64,000 bases of DNA from assembly GCF_009914755.1 (NCBI RefSeq), contig NC_060928.1; one strand, written 5' to 3'. The translations under genes and the position numbers were made by a program. Source of the DNA: the human T2T-CHM13v2.0 reference genome, Homo sapiens. Of this stretch, positions 43,829 through 64,000 are shown piece after piece; within the stretch, counting starts at the first letter, position 1; every line of letters starts with the position of its first letter. The notes beneath the pieces were generated by a model. That model was not told the origin of the DNA and ran no database searches. It saw only the letters and a list, made by a program, of their open reading frames with translations.

Positions 43829-44182
43829 TGTATCTTAGTCCGTTTGTGTTGCTATAAGGAATACCTGAGGCTGGATAATTTTGCTCCTGGTTCTGCAAGC
43901 TGTGTAAGAAGCATGGTGCACAGCATTTGCATCTGGTGAGAGCCTCAGGTTTTTTCCACTTACGGCACAAGGTGAAGAGGACCCAGGGTGTCCAGATGAC
44001 ATGATGAGAGAAAAAGCAAGAGAGATGGGAAAGGAGGTGCCAGGCTGTTTTTAACAGCTAGCTCTCAGGGAACTAATGGAATGAGAACTCACTCAGTGCT
44101 GGAAAGACAGCACCAAGCCATTCATGAGGGACCTGCCCTCATGACCCATGCACTTCCCATTAGGCCCACCTCCAGCACTGGG
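43829..44182 (-). mobile_element. MST (MSTB-like) LTR, 5' end lost at an Alu junction
   Basis: tgtatcttagtccgtttgtgttgctataaggaatacctgaggctgg...caccaagccattcatgaggga...cccattaggcccacctccagcactggg. Confidence 0.88.
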
Positions 44183-46619
44183 TGTGGTGGCACGTGCCTG
44201 TGGTCTCAGCTGCTCAGGAGTCTGAGGTGAAAGGATCGCTTGAGCCCAGAAGTTCGAGACTAGCCTGGCGACCTAGCAAAACCTCGTCTCTGCTAAAAAT
44301 ACAAAAATTAGTTGGGCATGGTGGTGCATGCCTGTAGTTCCAGCTACTTGGCAGACTGAGGCAGGAGGATCACTTGATAGCCCGGGTGGTGGAGGTTGCA
44401 GCGAGCCAAGATCGTGCTACTGCAGTCCAGCCTAGGCAACAGAGTGACCCTGTCTCAAAATATGTAAATAAAAGAAAAAGAAAAAAATTTTGAAAAGAAA
44501 GAGCTGGGGTGGACAACTCTGAAGGAATTCACTGAAAAGGAAGGAAAAGATAGGCAGTGAGAGAAGCTGGGGCAGAAGTGCTACTGAGAGGAGATCGTTG
44601 TGTTTCTTCAGAGTGGGAGACAGCATATTTGCATCCTAATGGAAGTGATGCAGGAAAGAAAGAGAAAGTGATGATATGAGAAGAGGACAGAATCAGTGGT
44701 CCTCAAGTGGCGACAGGGTGGGGTCTGGTTGTGAAGAGCTAGTTGGAGGACATTGGAGAGGAGGGCACAGGCGCAGGTCTGCGGATGTGTGGGAGCTGTG
44801 AAAACTACTGCCAAGTGCTTTTCCAAAAGATTGCTGGTGCTCACACCACCCTCAGCAGTCTGTGAATACCCATCTTCCTTTATACTCCTCAGCACAGAGT
44901 CCATGTCCCTGTTCTTCCCTCCTGGGCACCCTGCTCCGCATTGACGGAGCTCGAGATCCCCACATCTACTCCACTGCTCCCCTTCCTCTCAACTTCCATC
45001 ATTAGGCTCAGGGACCTTGGCCCTTTCCCTGTGTCCTGCCGTGAAAGTTCTGGTGCCTCTTTACCTTAAGTCGTCTCCTCATCTTTTGACTTACATGGAC
45101 CATAACATTTTTAGTCATCAGCCTGGTGACTTAGCTTTATCAACATTGTATTATGGGAAGGAGAGGATTCTATAAAAAAGCAAGTATTGCCTGTGGGCCC
45201 CACTGTTTTAGGTCACTGGCTAGCCTCTGGTTTGGCTGTCCTTGGGTCAGATGCCTCCCTGCTGCCAGGGGAGCACAGGTGATGGTGATGGATGAGGGTC
45301 TGATGATGGGGACCTCCCCATCAGCAGAGGTGTGGGTGACTTGGGGCTTGTCGGGTGTGCAAATGGCTACTTTGGATTTGCTTCAGGTCACTTAATTTTG
45401 AGATGCTACCTACCTATTCCATGTGTTGTCTCTGAATAAAAGCCACTTTCAGCCTCTGTTCTATTTAAGTAGTTTTATTTTTCTCTCTGGTCATTTCTGG
45501 GTATTGCTGTAAAGACTGTTAATACCTTATGCAAAATGACTGGTTACTGTGATTTTTCAGGACCTTCAGAGATTGAAGGGTTACAGACTGCAGTGTGAGA
45601 AGTTAGTAGGCCTTTGATACCAACTTTTTATTTGACCTTAGTAGATTAACTTTACTTTAAAGATTGGCAAAGAACGGTATGTTAGAAATACATGTAAGTC
45701 TGCTGCTATTAATAAATTCAAGCTGTTTTGCCCTTTTGCTGTATGGAGCCTGAATGTAGAGACTTGAAGTATTTTGTAGATATTTGTGCTGTCCCATGAC
45801 AGAGCAGGGATATGAAACTTGCCCTGGCATCCAGACATGTTCTGAGGCTGGCTCAGATATTTGTTTTCTTCTGGATAAGTAGCATCAAAACAAATAGTAA
45901 TTATATTATTTAATAGACTTAAAACACGGCAACTACATTTGTATAGGAAAAACCACATTAGTAACATTACATGGAGAAAAGCATTTTATGTAACTATAGT
46001 TCCAGCAAATACCACTATGCCTTCATTAATGCCTTAAAACCATCTTATTTACATCTGTAGAACCACTGGCCATTTAATAGGGCAATTCAGGAGCAATCAT
46101 TAAAAACAGTTGCAGTTTTCATTAGGTTTTCTCTGTTTATTCTAATATGTAAACTGAAATTAAAAGTAAATCCTTCAGAGTTCATTCTTTAAAAAAAGTA
46201 AGTCCTAAGGAAAACTGTTATATTAGCTATTTAAAAGGATGCTGTAATAATGTAGAATCAGTCACTGTTGAATTTTATTGAGTTTCCATGGAACAGCCTT
46301 GAAATTATAAATTGCTAGATATTTACTCTGTAAGATTACAGAAATTATTTATCACAGAGCCTTAAATACTTAAGGTAATTTTGTGCCTAACTCATGATAT
46401 GATTGTTACCAATCTCTTTGTAACCACTGAGAAGGAGGTTTAAGTATTAATGTTAGTAATTGCTCTCCAGGCAATGCCTTTTGCTCAGAGAACCTGCATA
46501 TGCTTTGGGAAAGCTGAGTTCAGGAAAGAAAGGGTGAAAAGGGCACAGGTATTTTAGTGACTACACATAACAGTGTTCCCTGGACTTGAGTGCAGGTAGC
46601 TAATAAAAGATCATGTATA

Positions 46620-47804
<1,185 letters not shown>

Positions 47805-49189
47805 GAGTGTAGAAGTTGTACAGGAGTTGTAGTAATTAGCTGCGTGTGACACGTATTGATTGAGGGGTAGGGAGCAAAATTCACAGAATAAAAAAGTTAC
47901 CATAGTGGGGTTTGAAGGGATGCCTCGCAGTTGTCTTGTAAAGGCAAGGCGGGGAGATTGGTGTTTTAGGGAAGCAAGCAGCAAGTATGAAGGCAGGAAG
48001 AGATAAAGCCACATAGTTGGTTGGGGCGGGAGTGTGGAACTGTAAGGAGTTTCAAGTGGGTGATTTTGCAAGAACACACTGACCAAGGGCCTGGTGTATC
48101 CTGCTTGATCCTTTGCTAAGGACTTGATCTTTTTAGGCAGCAGGAACAATCGAAGGGTTTAAGGCAGAGAATGTTCTGGTCATAGGTACAGTGTGAGGGG
48201 GTTTTGACAGGAGATGGAGGGCATGTGGGGAGCAGACAGCCCTGAAGGCCGGTCGGCAGGAGGTGGCAGCGTCACCAGCACGGGGCCTTTGTTGTGTCTC
48301 CTGCATTAGCCTTCATAGGGCGGTCTAATCTGGGTTGTGCTGCTGTTACCCGAGAGGATATTGCTTTTACTGTGTTTTTACCCTAAGATGACCTTTTTTC
48401 TTCATGTTTATAAGAAGTTTATCTGTAAAGTATTTTTAGTAAATCTGGGTTTTCATGTTTAATTTGGAATTTCATTTTGGAAACAAATTTCAAAACTAGA
48501 ATATAAGCCTAGCAAGAAAACAAATGCTATTATGATTTAATGTCTTTTATGATACACACACACCTCCCACCCCCATGCACACAGGCCACAGTCACTGGGT
48601 GGTAGAAAATCAGTTTATTCAGAAAAGGTAAAATACATCATAGATGGTAGAACTCAGCTGTTAGTAGTGTTCCCAAAGTGTTTTCAGCAATACTGCCATC
48701 TTAGCCATATGTCCGTATTCTCCTATGCAAAAATTTCTGGGTTATCTTGGTCCCTTACATGGATATATATACACATTTTATATATTTACATATTTCATCT
48801 ATGTGTTTGTAGGATTTGGGGGATGATACTAGTAAAATGTTCATTCTGGTACATATATATAATTTTTTTTTTTGAGATGGAGTATTGCTCTGTTTGCCCA
48901 GGCTGGAATGCAGTGGCGCGATATCCGCTTGCCGCAACCTCCGCCTCATGGGTTCAAGTGATTCTCCTGCCTCAGCTTGAGTAGCTGGGATTACAGATGT
49001 ACGCCACCACACCCGGCTAATTTTTTGTATTTTTAGTAGACACGGGGTTTCACCACGTTGGCCAGGCTGGTCTTGAACTCCTGACCTCTTGATCTGCCTG
49101 CCTCGGCCTCACAGAGTGTTGGGATTACAGGTGTGAGCCACCGCGCCCAGCCTGCTACATTTATTTTTTAAAAATATCAATGTAACTAG

Positions 49190-49900
49190 ATTTCTGCTTC
49201 CAAGCAAGAGGTAGTAACTAGAAGTGGATTTATCTTCCTGTCTCAAACAGTGAAACAAAGGACCAAAAAAATGTACCAAGTAGTAGTTTTCCAACATTGG
49301 CCCACAGGCAGGCAGGACAGTGATCCCTGAGAGAAGAAGAATAACCGCGGCAAGCTCCAGCCTTGCCCAGGCTTCCTGCCTGGAGAGAGTCTGAAGGCTA
49401 GGACTTGGAGAGCTACCCAGACCGAGTCTGAGGATCTCCTTGATTGAGGAGGCTGAGTTGAGACTTTGGGGAGGCCAAAGTAAATTTGCAGGGCAGAGTA
49501 CCAGAGAGGAGAGAGCTGCAAAGAGGGGAAGGAAGAGCTCTGCATAGGGTTCTCCCCAAGCCCAGCTGAGGGCGCATAAGCACATGCCTGTGGGGAAGCT
49601 CTCTGCGCCTGGGCTAGCACCCTGGAAGTGAGGAGCGGGACAAACCTTGCAGCTCACACAGGGCCAGGAGCAGTGTGTGTTCCCACCAGCCATTGTGGGA
49701 AAATCTTACAACCTGCAGGACCCTGGGTGGCAGCTTAGGAGGATATTGCCTCAGTTGTGGGTAAGAGGAAAGGCGTTCTGATGCTGCCTTACAGAGCCTA
49801 CAAGCCCTGAAAGGACCAGACTCTTCCCAAACAACCCTCCTATGGCCCATGACGAAGCTCAGATACTGAAGGAATGAAAAAATACCCAGCACCTGACGCT
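49190..49900 (+). mobile_element. Old L1M (L1MC/MD-type) 5' UTR fragment, sense orientation
   Basis: ttctgcttccaagcaagaggtagtaac...ggacagtgatccctgagaga...cttcctgcctggagagagt...gagactttggggaggccaaag resembles recalled L1M 5' consensus. Confidence 0.65.
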
Positions 49901-49904
49901 TCAT

Positions 49905-50412
49905 ACTTGTCCCTAGCTCTTCTCCTCCTCTCACACCTCACAGCTGGCTCCTTCACAGCCTTATCCACTTCCCTTCCTGCAGCCCTGGTCCAAGCTGCTG
50001 CTGTCTGGCTCCTGAACTGCAGATAGTCGTTTCTTCCCATTGTCCCATCCCATCTCTCTCTGCACGCAGCCTCAGAGTCACTCCTTGACTTCAGTGGCCC
50101 TCAGCTCTCCCCCATCTCTCCTTCTGCTCTTGTCAGCCCCATGCCAGCCACTGGGCTCCCCACAAGGTACAGCCATGTCGGCTTCGGGGGTCTCCTCAAG
50201 GAGGCCCTCACTGTCCACCGGGTTAAAGGGTACAGATCTTCTTTGCTGTTATGTTTTTCTCCTTATCACTATTTAATTAGTTAATTTTTTCATGTATTTG
50301 TCTTATTTATTGCCTTTGTCTTTGACAGTTTTCTTCACCATTGTGCCCTCAGTGCCTGGACCAGTCCCTGAGCATGTGATGGGCTCAGTAAATCCTGGAT
50401 GACTGGTGAATG
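49905..50412 (+). mobile_element. L2 3' end
   Basis: ttcttcaccattgtgccctcagtgcctggaccagtccctgagcatgtgatgggctcagtaaatcctggatgactggtgaatg. Confidence 0.7.
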
Positions 50413-51471
50413 TACAGGAGCTGAGCTGTGCGCTCTCTGGTCATTTCTGGCTCTTAACATTATGATTTTAGGCTTGGGGACCTTTGGGCCTGTAGAGCCC
50501 AGCATGTCATTCTGTAATTAAAAGGGCAAGCCAGAAAGGTCTGATGGGTATGGCTGTTCTGCCAGTGATGGGAGCTGTTTTCTAAGACCTGAGGAAAAGA
50601 GATGGCTTTATATTGGGGTAAATCAGTGTGCCTTTTTTTTTTTTTAATTGTCGTCATTTAGGCTTTTGGGATTTGTTGGTATGGAAAAATACATGGATTC
50701 TCATGGTACTCGGTGGTTTGAGTAGTCTGGCGTTCTCTAGGACACTGTGGGGAGGTAGGACGCAGTTGTCTGCCCCTGTGCCCCAAACATTCAGCTCAGG
50801 ATGGCTGCTGAGCTGGGTTTGGGAAAACTCACAACCCTGTGGATGTAACAGGAGTCAGCAGTTTTGATCACTGGTTCATGGAAACATGTGAGAATATATA
50901 TGAACATCTTTTGAGTCTTGCTGGTATTGTCATTCATTCTTTCAATCACTAATTCATTCATTTATACATTCAGCCCCTTGTTTAAATATGTGCTTCCTGC
51001 CGGTCAGCAGGAAGTCTTAAGAATGGAGCCTGGGGTCCAAATGAGAGCCCTCAGTGGCTGTTCAGGGGCCAATCCGTTATGTACAGTGGGTCCTTTTGAA
51101 TACCGGTGGTGGGATGGGGAGACAGCTCGAGGCTGTGGGAAGAGCTACAGGTCTAGCCGGCCTTGGAGAAGCTTCTGGGTGGAGATGGAGACTGAAAAGC
51201 CAGAACAGCGTCAGCTGGGTCCACTCTCTTCCCACCTGGCATGTCTTGCAGCAAGGACACCCTACACGGCAGGAGAGACTAGCGGGGGTTCTCTCACCTC
51301 CACCCCACTGTGTGCCCTTTTTCTGGCTGCCTCTGGAAGGCCAGGCGAGGCTTCCCTTTGCCCTGCTCCCTGGGAGTGCCTCCCTCCAGCCTCTCCTCAG
51401 GGTTCGAAGGGGCTTCCTCCTAAGGTGCAGAGGCAGCCCTGTGTGAAGGACCCGTCTTAGGATTGGGTTGA

Positions 51472-52108
<637 letters not shown>

Positions 52109-52842
52109 TCAGTTTCTTTTTCTGTATTTGTGTTTTAAAGGCTAATTTTATTTTTTTTCTGATAGAGTGGGTGGTTATCTTTTGAGAGGTTTTAAGGTAT
52201 AACAATCTTGCCTTTTCCTCCTACCTCTAAGGCCTCTTCCCCTTGCCCCACATTGTAGGACCTATTTGAAAATGCAGATGTTTATTTACATCAGGTGATA
52301 AGAGATGAGCTCAGCATCATTACTGCTGGGCCTGGAAGGGCGTCTGGGCCTTGGATGTGCAGCTGCCATCAGCTCCCTGTTTATCTTGAATCTGGAATTT
52401 GGACAGCCCACCTCAAAGATGGTTTGCATCTGCAGACACACTTAAGCCAGAATTGCCATCTTGAATCTGAGCCCTGGTGTGCAGATGCCTCTAGAATAGT
52501 AGTTTCAGACTTCGTTGGTGGTAACCAGTTCTGGTAAACAGTCTGAAAATTGAGGCTGACAGTTTCTAGCATGTGGTGGAAAAGTAATACAGAAGTCAAG
52601 GTGAAGGGGTTAATTTTGACAATTTTCTAACTCGTACTAAGATAAGATTTTCTTTATGGCACTATTTAAAGTATTACGAGTTTCTAGAACATTAGGTTTA
52701 GTTTTATTCAATACATTTCCTATTTTATGTTTCTGTATATAAACATACACATGCATTTTAGTTTTAGAACTATACATATATTTTAATATTCTTGGCTTTG
52801 TAGATGAGGTTTTGAAAATAGAATTTTTTTTTTCTATTCCAG

Positions 52843-53088
52843 ACTCCTTTTAGTTTTGGCATGAATCATAGGACACCACCCTACCCTGCTGGGGATTATT
52901 GTCTTCTGTGCAGAAGTGAACGGAAAGACTCATCATTCTTAGAGAGTGGAATTAAGACTGCGAGCAAATTGGCCCTTTCCATGGCTCCCAAGGGCAACAG
53001 CGTGCTGCACCTGCCACTGTGGGTGTGCCCGGACTGCCGCAGGACCGTGGAGAAGGAGGAGAGGCATGGCGGCCTTGACCAGCCAGTG
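52843..53088 (+). CDS. FAM193A: Internal coding exon (probably exon 2) of FAM193A, 246 nt / 82 codons, phase 0-0
   Basis: Acceptor ttttttttttctattccAG ends at 52842 and donor GTG|GTGAGT starts at 53089. The frame is open: TPFSFGMNHRTPPYPAGDYCLLCRSERKDSSFLESGIKTASKLALSMAPKGNSVLHLPLWVCPDCRRTVEKEERHGGLDQPV. This matches my recollection of the FAM193A N-terminus, and the CLLC..ERK / PLWVCxxCR motifs are shared with FAM193B. Non-repetitive and relatively CpG-rich. Identified from memory, not by search. Confidence 0.9.
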
Positions 53089-54612
53089 GTGAGTGGCTGC
53101 CAGCACAGGCAGCGCAGGGCGTTGGCTCCCCCCGCCCAGGTTATGGGGTAACTGGCAGTGAAAGAAATGGATTTGCTTTTGCTTCAGGGGGCACTCCCTC
53201 CTGCACCACCTTCTAGTCTGTGTCTCCTGGTACGTTCCTCCTGGTCTTCCCTGGCCACACTGCAGTAGGTGGCAGGACACCTGCCCTCCTTGTCTGGGCA
53301 CAATTCAGTCATCAAGCTATGTGACCCTGAAGGGTGATTTTTGGCTTTGAGCTTAGTATTTCTTTGGTGGTACAGTTTCTTGAAAAGGGAGTACAATTTT
53401 CATGTGTTTAGTTCTCAACAATTCGACATGCAGGTAATTCTTTACGCGATGCTCTTAAGCCTCACCTTCCCTTTTACTTATTTGTGCTGCTTCAGCCTCT
53501 TCGAGGCCACAGAGAGGCCACAGCAGGCTTGGCTGGGAAGACCGCACCCTTACTCTTATCTTTGACCTGATGGAGTTTTGGTGGGCCCTTGTTCCGGGCA
53601 GGCTTTCACATGTACTGTTTGGGTTCTGGAAGGAGTTGGCTTTTGCAACTATTTGAGACCCCACATTCTAGGCCTCTTCTGTGCCCTTTGATTTCTGCTT
53701 GAAAGCGGCTAATTATTTTCTGAGCTCTTCTCTTCCTTCTGATACCTTGCTATGTGCAGCCAGGAAACGTGTGCATTCCCTGCTCCTCTGTTTTCTCCTG
53801 CAGAACTGCCTTGGGGGAGTCCTGGTGACAATCTGAAGAGCACATCCCCACTGCCTGGTGTGGGTTTCCATCTTTACTGGCCTTGGAGGCAAGCCCCATC
53901 TCCAGGGCCAGTTTCTATCCTTGGGGTCTCATTGTCAGAATTACTTTCTCACTCGGCCCCTCCCGCATGTCCCGCTTTCCTGCTGTAATTCTCTTCCTAG
54001 CACTTATTTCTAACATACTATGTATTTTACTTACTCATTTGGTTTGCTTTCTTCTTCATTAGAATATAAACTCTACAAAGACAGCTATTTTTATGGTTTT
54101 CTTTGTGTGGTTTTTTTGTTTGTTTTTTTACCAATACCATTTTCTTTGCTTTTTGTGGTGGTTGGTTTGTTTTCTCATTAAACTTTATCAGCTCTTCTTC
54201 CGACTCCAGCCCTGCTCTTGTATTTTAGCCTGCCTCTGCCCTTGGGAACAGGCTTCTGCTGTTTGCCCTGGTCCAGAGGCCAGCGGAAGTGCCTATGGTT
54301 CCCTGCAGTGCGTCTTGCCTGCGTTGGAGGAGGATCTCATTTCCCAGCCCCCGGCTTGTCTTGGTAATGGATAGTTTGTCAGATGAGCCATTCTCTCCTC
54401 ACCAGAAACAGTGACCTTGGGAACAGCAGAGGTGTAGTGTTGGCCTGTGTTTGTGGATTCGGACCAGCTGTTGCTTTGTAGGTCAGCCTCTTTGTTGGAG
54501 CTGGCCTTTAAAAAAATAACATGATTTACCTTCCATTAAGATTCACTCTTTTTTTACTTAAAAAATGTTCACTACCACAGCTAAGCTACAGAACATTTGC
54601 ATCACCCCATAA

Positions 54613-55068
<456 letters not shown>

Positions 55069-56508
55069 TAGTTTCTCTTTTTTATTGAGTAATTTTACAG
55101 ATAAACCAATTTATGCATTCACCAATTAATTGATGGATGTTTGTGTTGTTCCCACGTTTGGGCTATTTTGAAAAAAGCTGCTATGAACATTATTTTTCTT
55201 CTGTGGACATCCTTTTTATGTGTTGCTGGATTGATTTGCTAAAGTTATGTTAATGATTTTTGCATCTGTGCTCATGAAGGCTGTCTGTAGGCCTCTTGTC
55301 TTACAGTGGCCTTCGGGGTCTCATAAAATGAGTTAGAATGTGTTCCTGTTTCTTCTCCTTTCTGGAAGACTGTGTTAGAATTGGTATTATCATCTCTTCC
55401 TTAAACGTTATTGGTTCTTGCTTTCTGTTTCTCTTGTTCTGTTTGGTCAAATGCCAGACAGTGTGCAGAGAGCATCAGGCTGAGGTTGTTTCCTGTGTCC
55501 TGTTGTGCACCTGGGAGGCCAGGTCAGTGCATTTGGCCTCAGCTGGGCTGTCTCTAGCACTGTGCGTGCTCGTGTGGGCCTGTAGAGGGGAGTCTCTCTC
55601 TACTTCCTCCTTGGCAAGGTCTCCGATGGTGGCATCTTCTCAGTTCCCCCCTCTAGCCTGACTCTTGGGCAGCTCTGTGCTCACGGCCTTGGGGGCAGCT
55701 TTCCCAGCGAGCCCACCTCTGCCCGGTGGCAGCCAGACTCTGCCTTGTATCTGCAGGGGTCTGACCGGCCCCGTGTCTTGTGCTGGTCCTGGCCTGTGTG
55801 TGGCACACGCCTTTCTCCAGGACAAGGAGAAAGGCATGTTTCCTTCCTCTCTGCTAGTGGATTAGCTGGAGACTTGGGTGCAGGTCTCCTGGGAATGAGT
55901 GGGAACATTCGTTTTGGGGCTTTCCAGGGGTTAGACTCCCACACTTGACACTCTCAACCTTTCAGAATTTGTTTAAAGTTAAACTGTTTTTTTTTTTTCT
56001 AACCACTTTTATGGCCTCCTTCCACTTTCCTTCCTCTGTCAAAGGTGAAACAGTAAGTGTGTCCCCTTCTCCCTGGAGGGGCTGCTGCACTTTGTTGTGT
56101 AGTTCCCTCCGGCAGCCTGGTCACTTCGGCTCTCTGATGGCCCAGAGATAGGATTTTATCAATTGTCCTGCTCTGTCTCTGGTCAGGGCTCTGGTCAGGG
56201 CTCAGAGTGCACGGCTCTCCTGCAGCTTTCTGCATCCAGAGGGGAAGTGGGGCTGAATTGCTGTCTTCTAGATAAGCATTCTGTTATCAGCAGTTGTAGG
56301 AGAATATTGGTGGGAATTTATCTTAACATCTTGCCTGACAGTTGCACGTTGCAAATTTCTCTGGAGACCTCTTCTTCCAAGATTGACCCATCCTAGCATC
56401 ACGTCCTAGACATAGTCGTGCCTGGAAACCTAAGAAATCTCCATTTCAAACTTTCATCTTGATCATTGTCTGTCTTTGTAGCTCACTTGCTTGTCTTCTC
56501 TTGCCATA

Positions 56509-61875
<5,367 letters not shown>

Positions 61876-62384
61876 CGAGAGTCTGCATCTTAATGGTGAA
61901 ATCAATCCTCATCACTTACTGTAATGGTTAATATATGTGGGGTAATTTCTGCTACCATGCAGGTCAAAAATCAAGCGTTGCTGTTAACCCAGATCCCTTC
62001 TTGAACCCCTTCTAGTCATTACCCTCTTGCAGCAAGTTCACACTTGCCGGCTGCTCCTAGTCCTCACTCTTACTGTTCTTTGTTAGTTATATCACCTAAG
62101 CATCTACCCACAAATACTGTAGTACAGTTTTCCTGGTGTTTTGAATTTTACAGAAATGTAATCGTACTGTGTGTTATTTTATGTCTTACTTATTTTGCTC
62201 AGCATTATGTTTGAGAGTCATAAATCTTGTTTCTCTATTTTCATTGCTAGATGCCATCCTCCTTTGTGAACATGTTGCATTTTAGTTGTTTCCAAATCTT
62301 GCTGATTGTGGAGCACACATGACATTCTGTTGTCTATAAATAGAAGGAATTGCTGAGCCATAGGTGGTTTATATACTTGACTGA

Positions 62385-64000
<1,616 letters not shown>

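Noticed and set aside
49109-49693. 194-aa minus-strand ORF
   Set aside because: Lies antisense across an L1M 5' relic and ends in an Alu; no recognisable domain.
52861-53151. 96-aa single-exon ORF as a standalone gene
   Set aside because: It is an internal exon: there is a strong acceptor 18 nt upstream, and the last residues (VSGCQHRQ...) are read-through past the GTGAGT donor at 53089.

Overview
Primate, very probably human, genomic DNA. It is almost entirely intronic and extremely Alu-dense (roughly a hundred Alu copies or fragments by eye, mostly on the - strand). The only supportable coding element is one 246-nt, phase-0/phase-0 internal exon on the + strand (52843-53088). It encodes TPFSFGMNHRTPPYPAGDYCLLCRSERK...LPLWVCPDCRRTVEKEERHGGLDQPV, which I recognise as an N-terminal exon (probably exon 2) of FAM193A. 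The rest is a layered transposon record: Alu J/S/Y, FAM/FRAM monomers, L1M and L1PA fragments, L2, MIR, THE1/MST LTRs, Tigger elements and two Charlie (hAT) fossils. Nearly all ORFs in the supplied track are Alu or L1 translation artefacts. I see no evidence for a new gene or multi-gene system. The most notable structures are: (i) an inverted, ~90% identical copy of 120 bp of non-Alu flank plus an Alu 5' end, 14 kb apart (12118-12280 vs 26508-26670); (ii) a near full-length Buster-type transposase fossil readable across six Alu insertions (20475-24276); (iii) an Alu-bounded tandem duplication later hit by an AluYa5-like element; (iv) serial Alu insertions at single target sites; (v) a stop-free, frame-symmetric exon with an internal ATG and a CxxC...CxxC motif. 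Repeat subfamily names come from recalled consensus sequences, and their boundaries are approximate unless a target-site duplication (TSD) is quoted.
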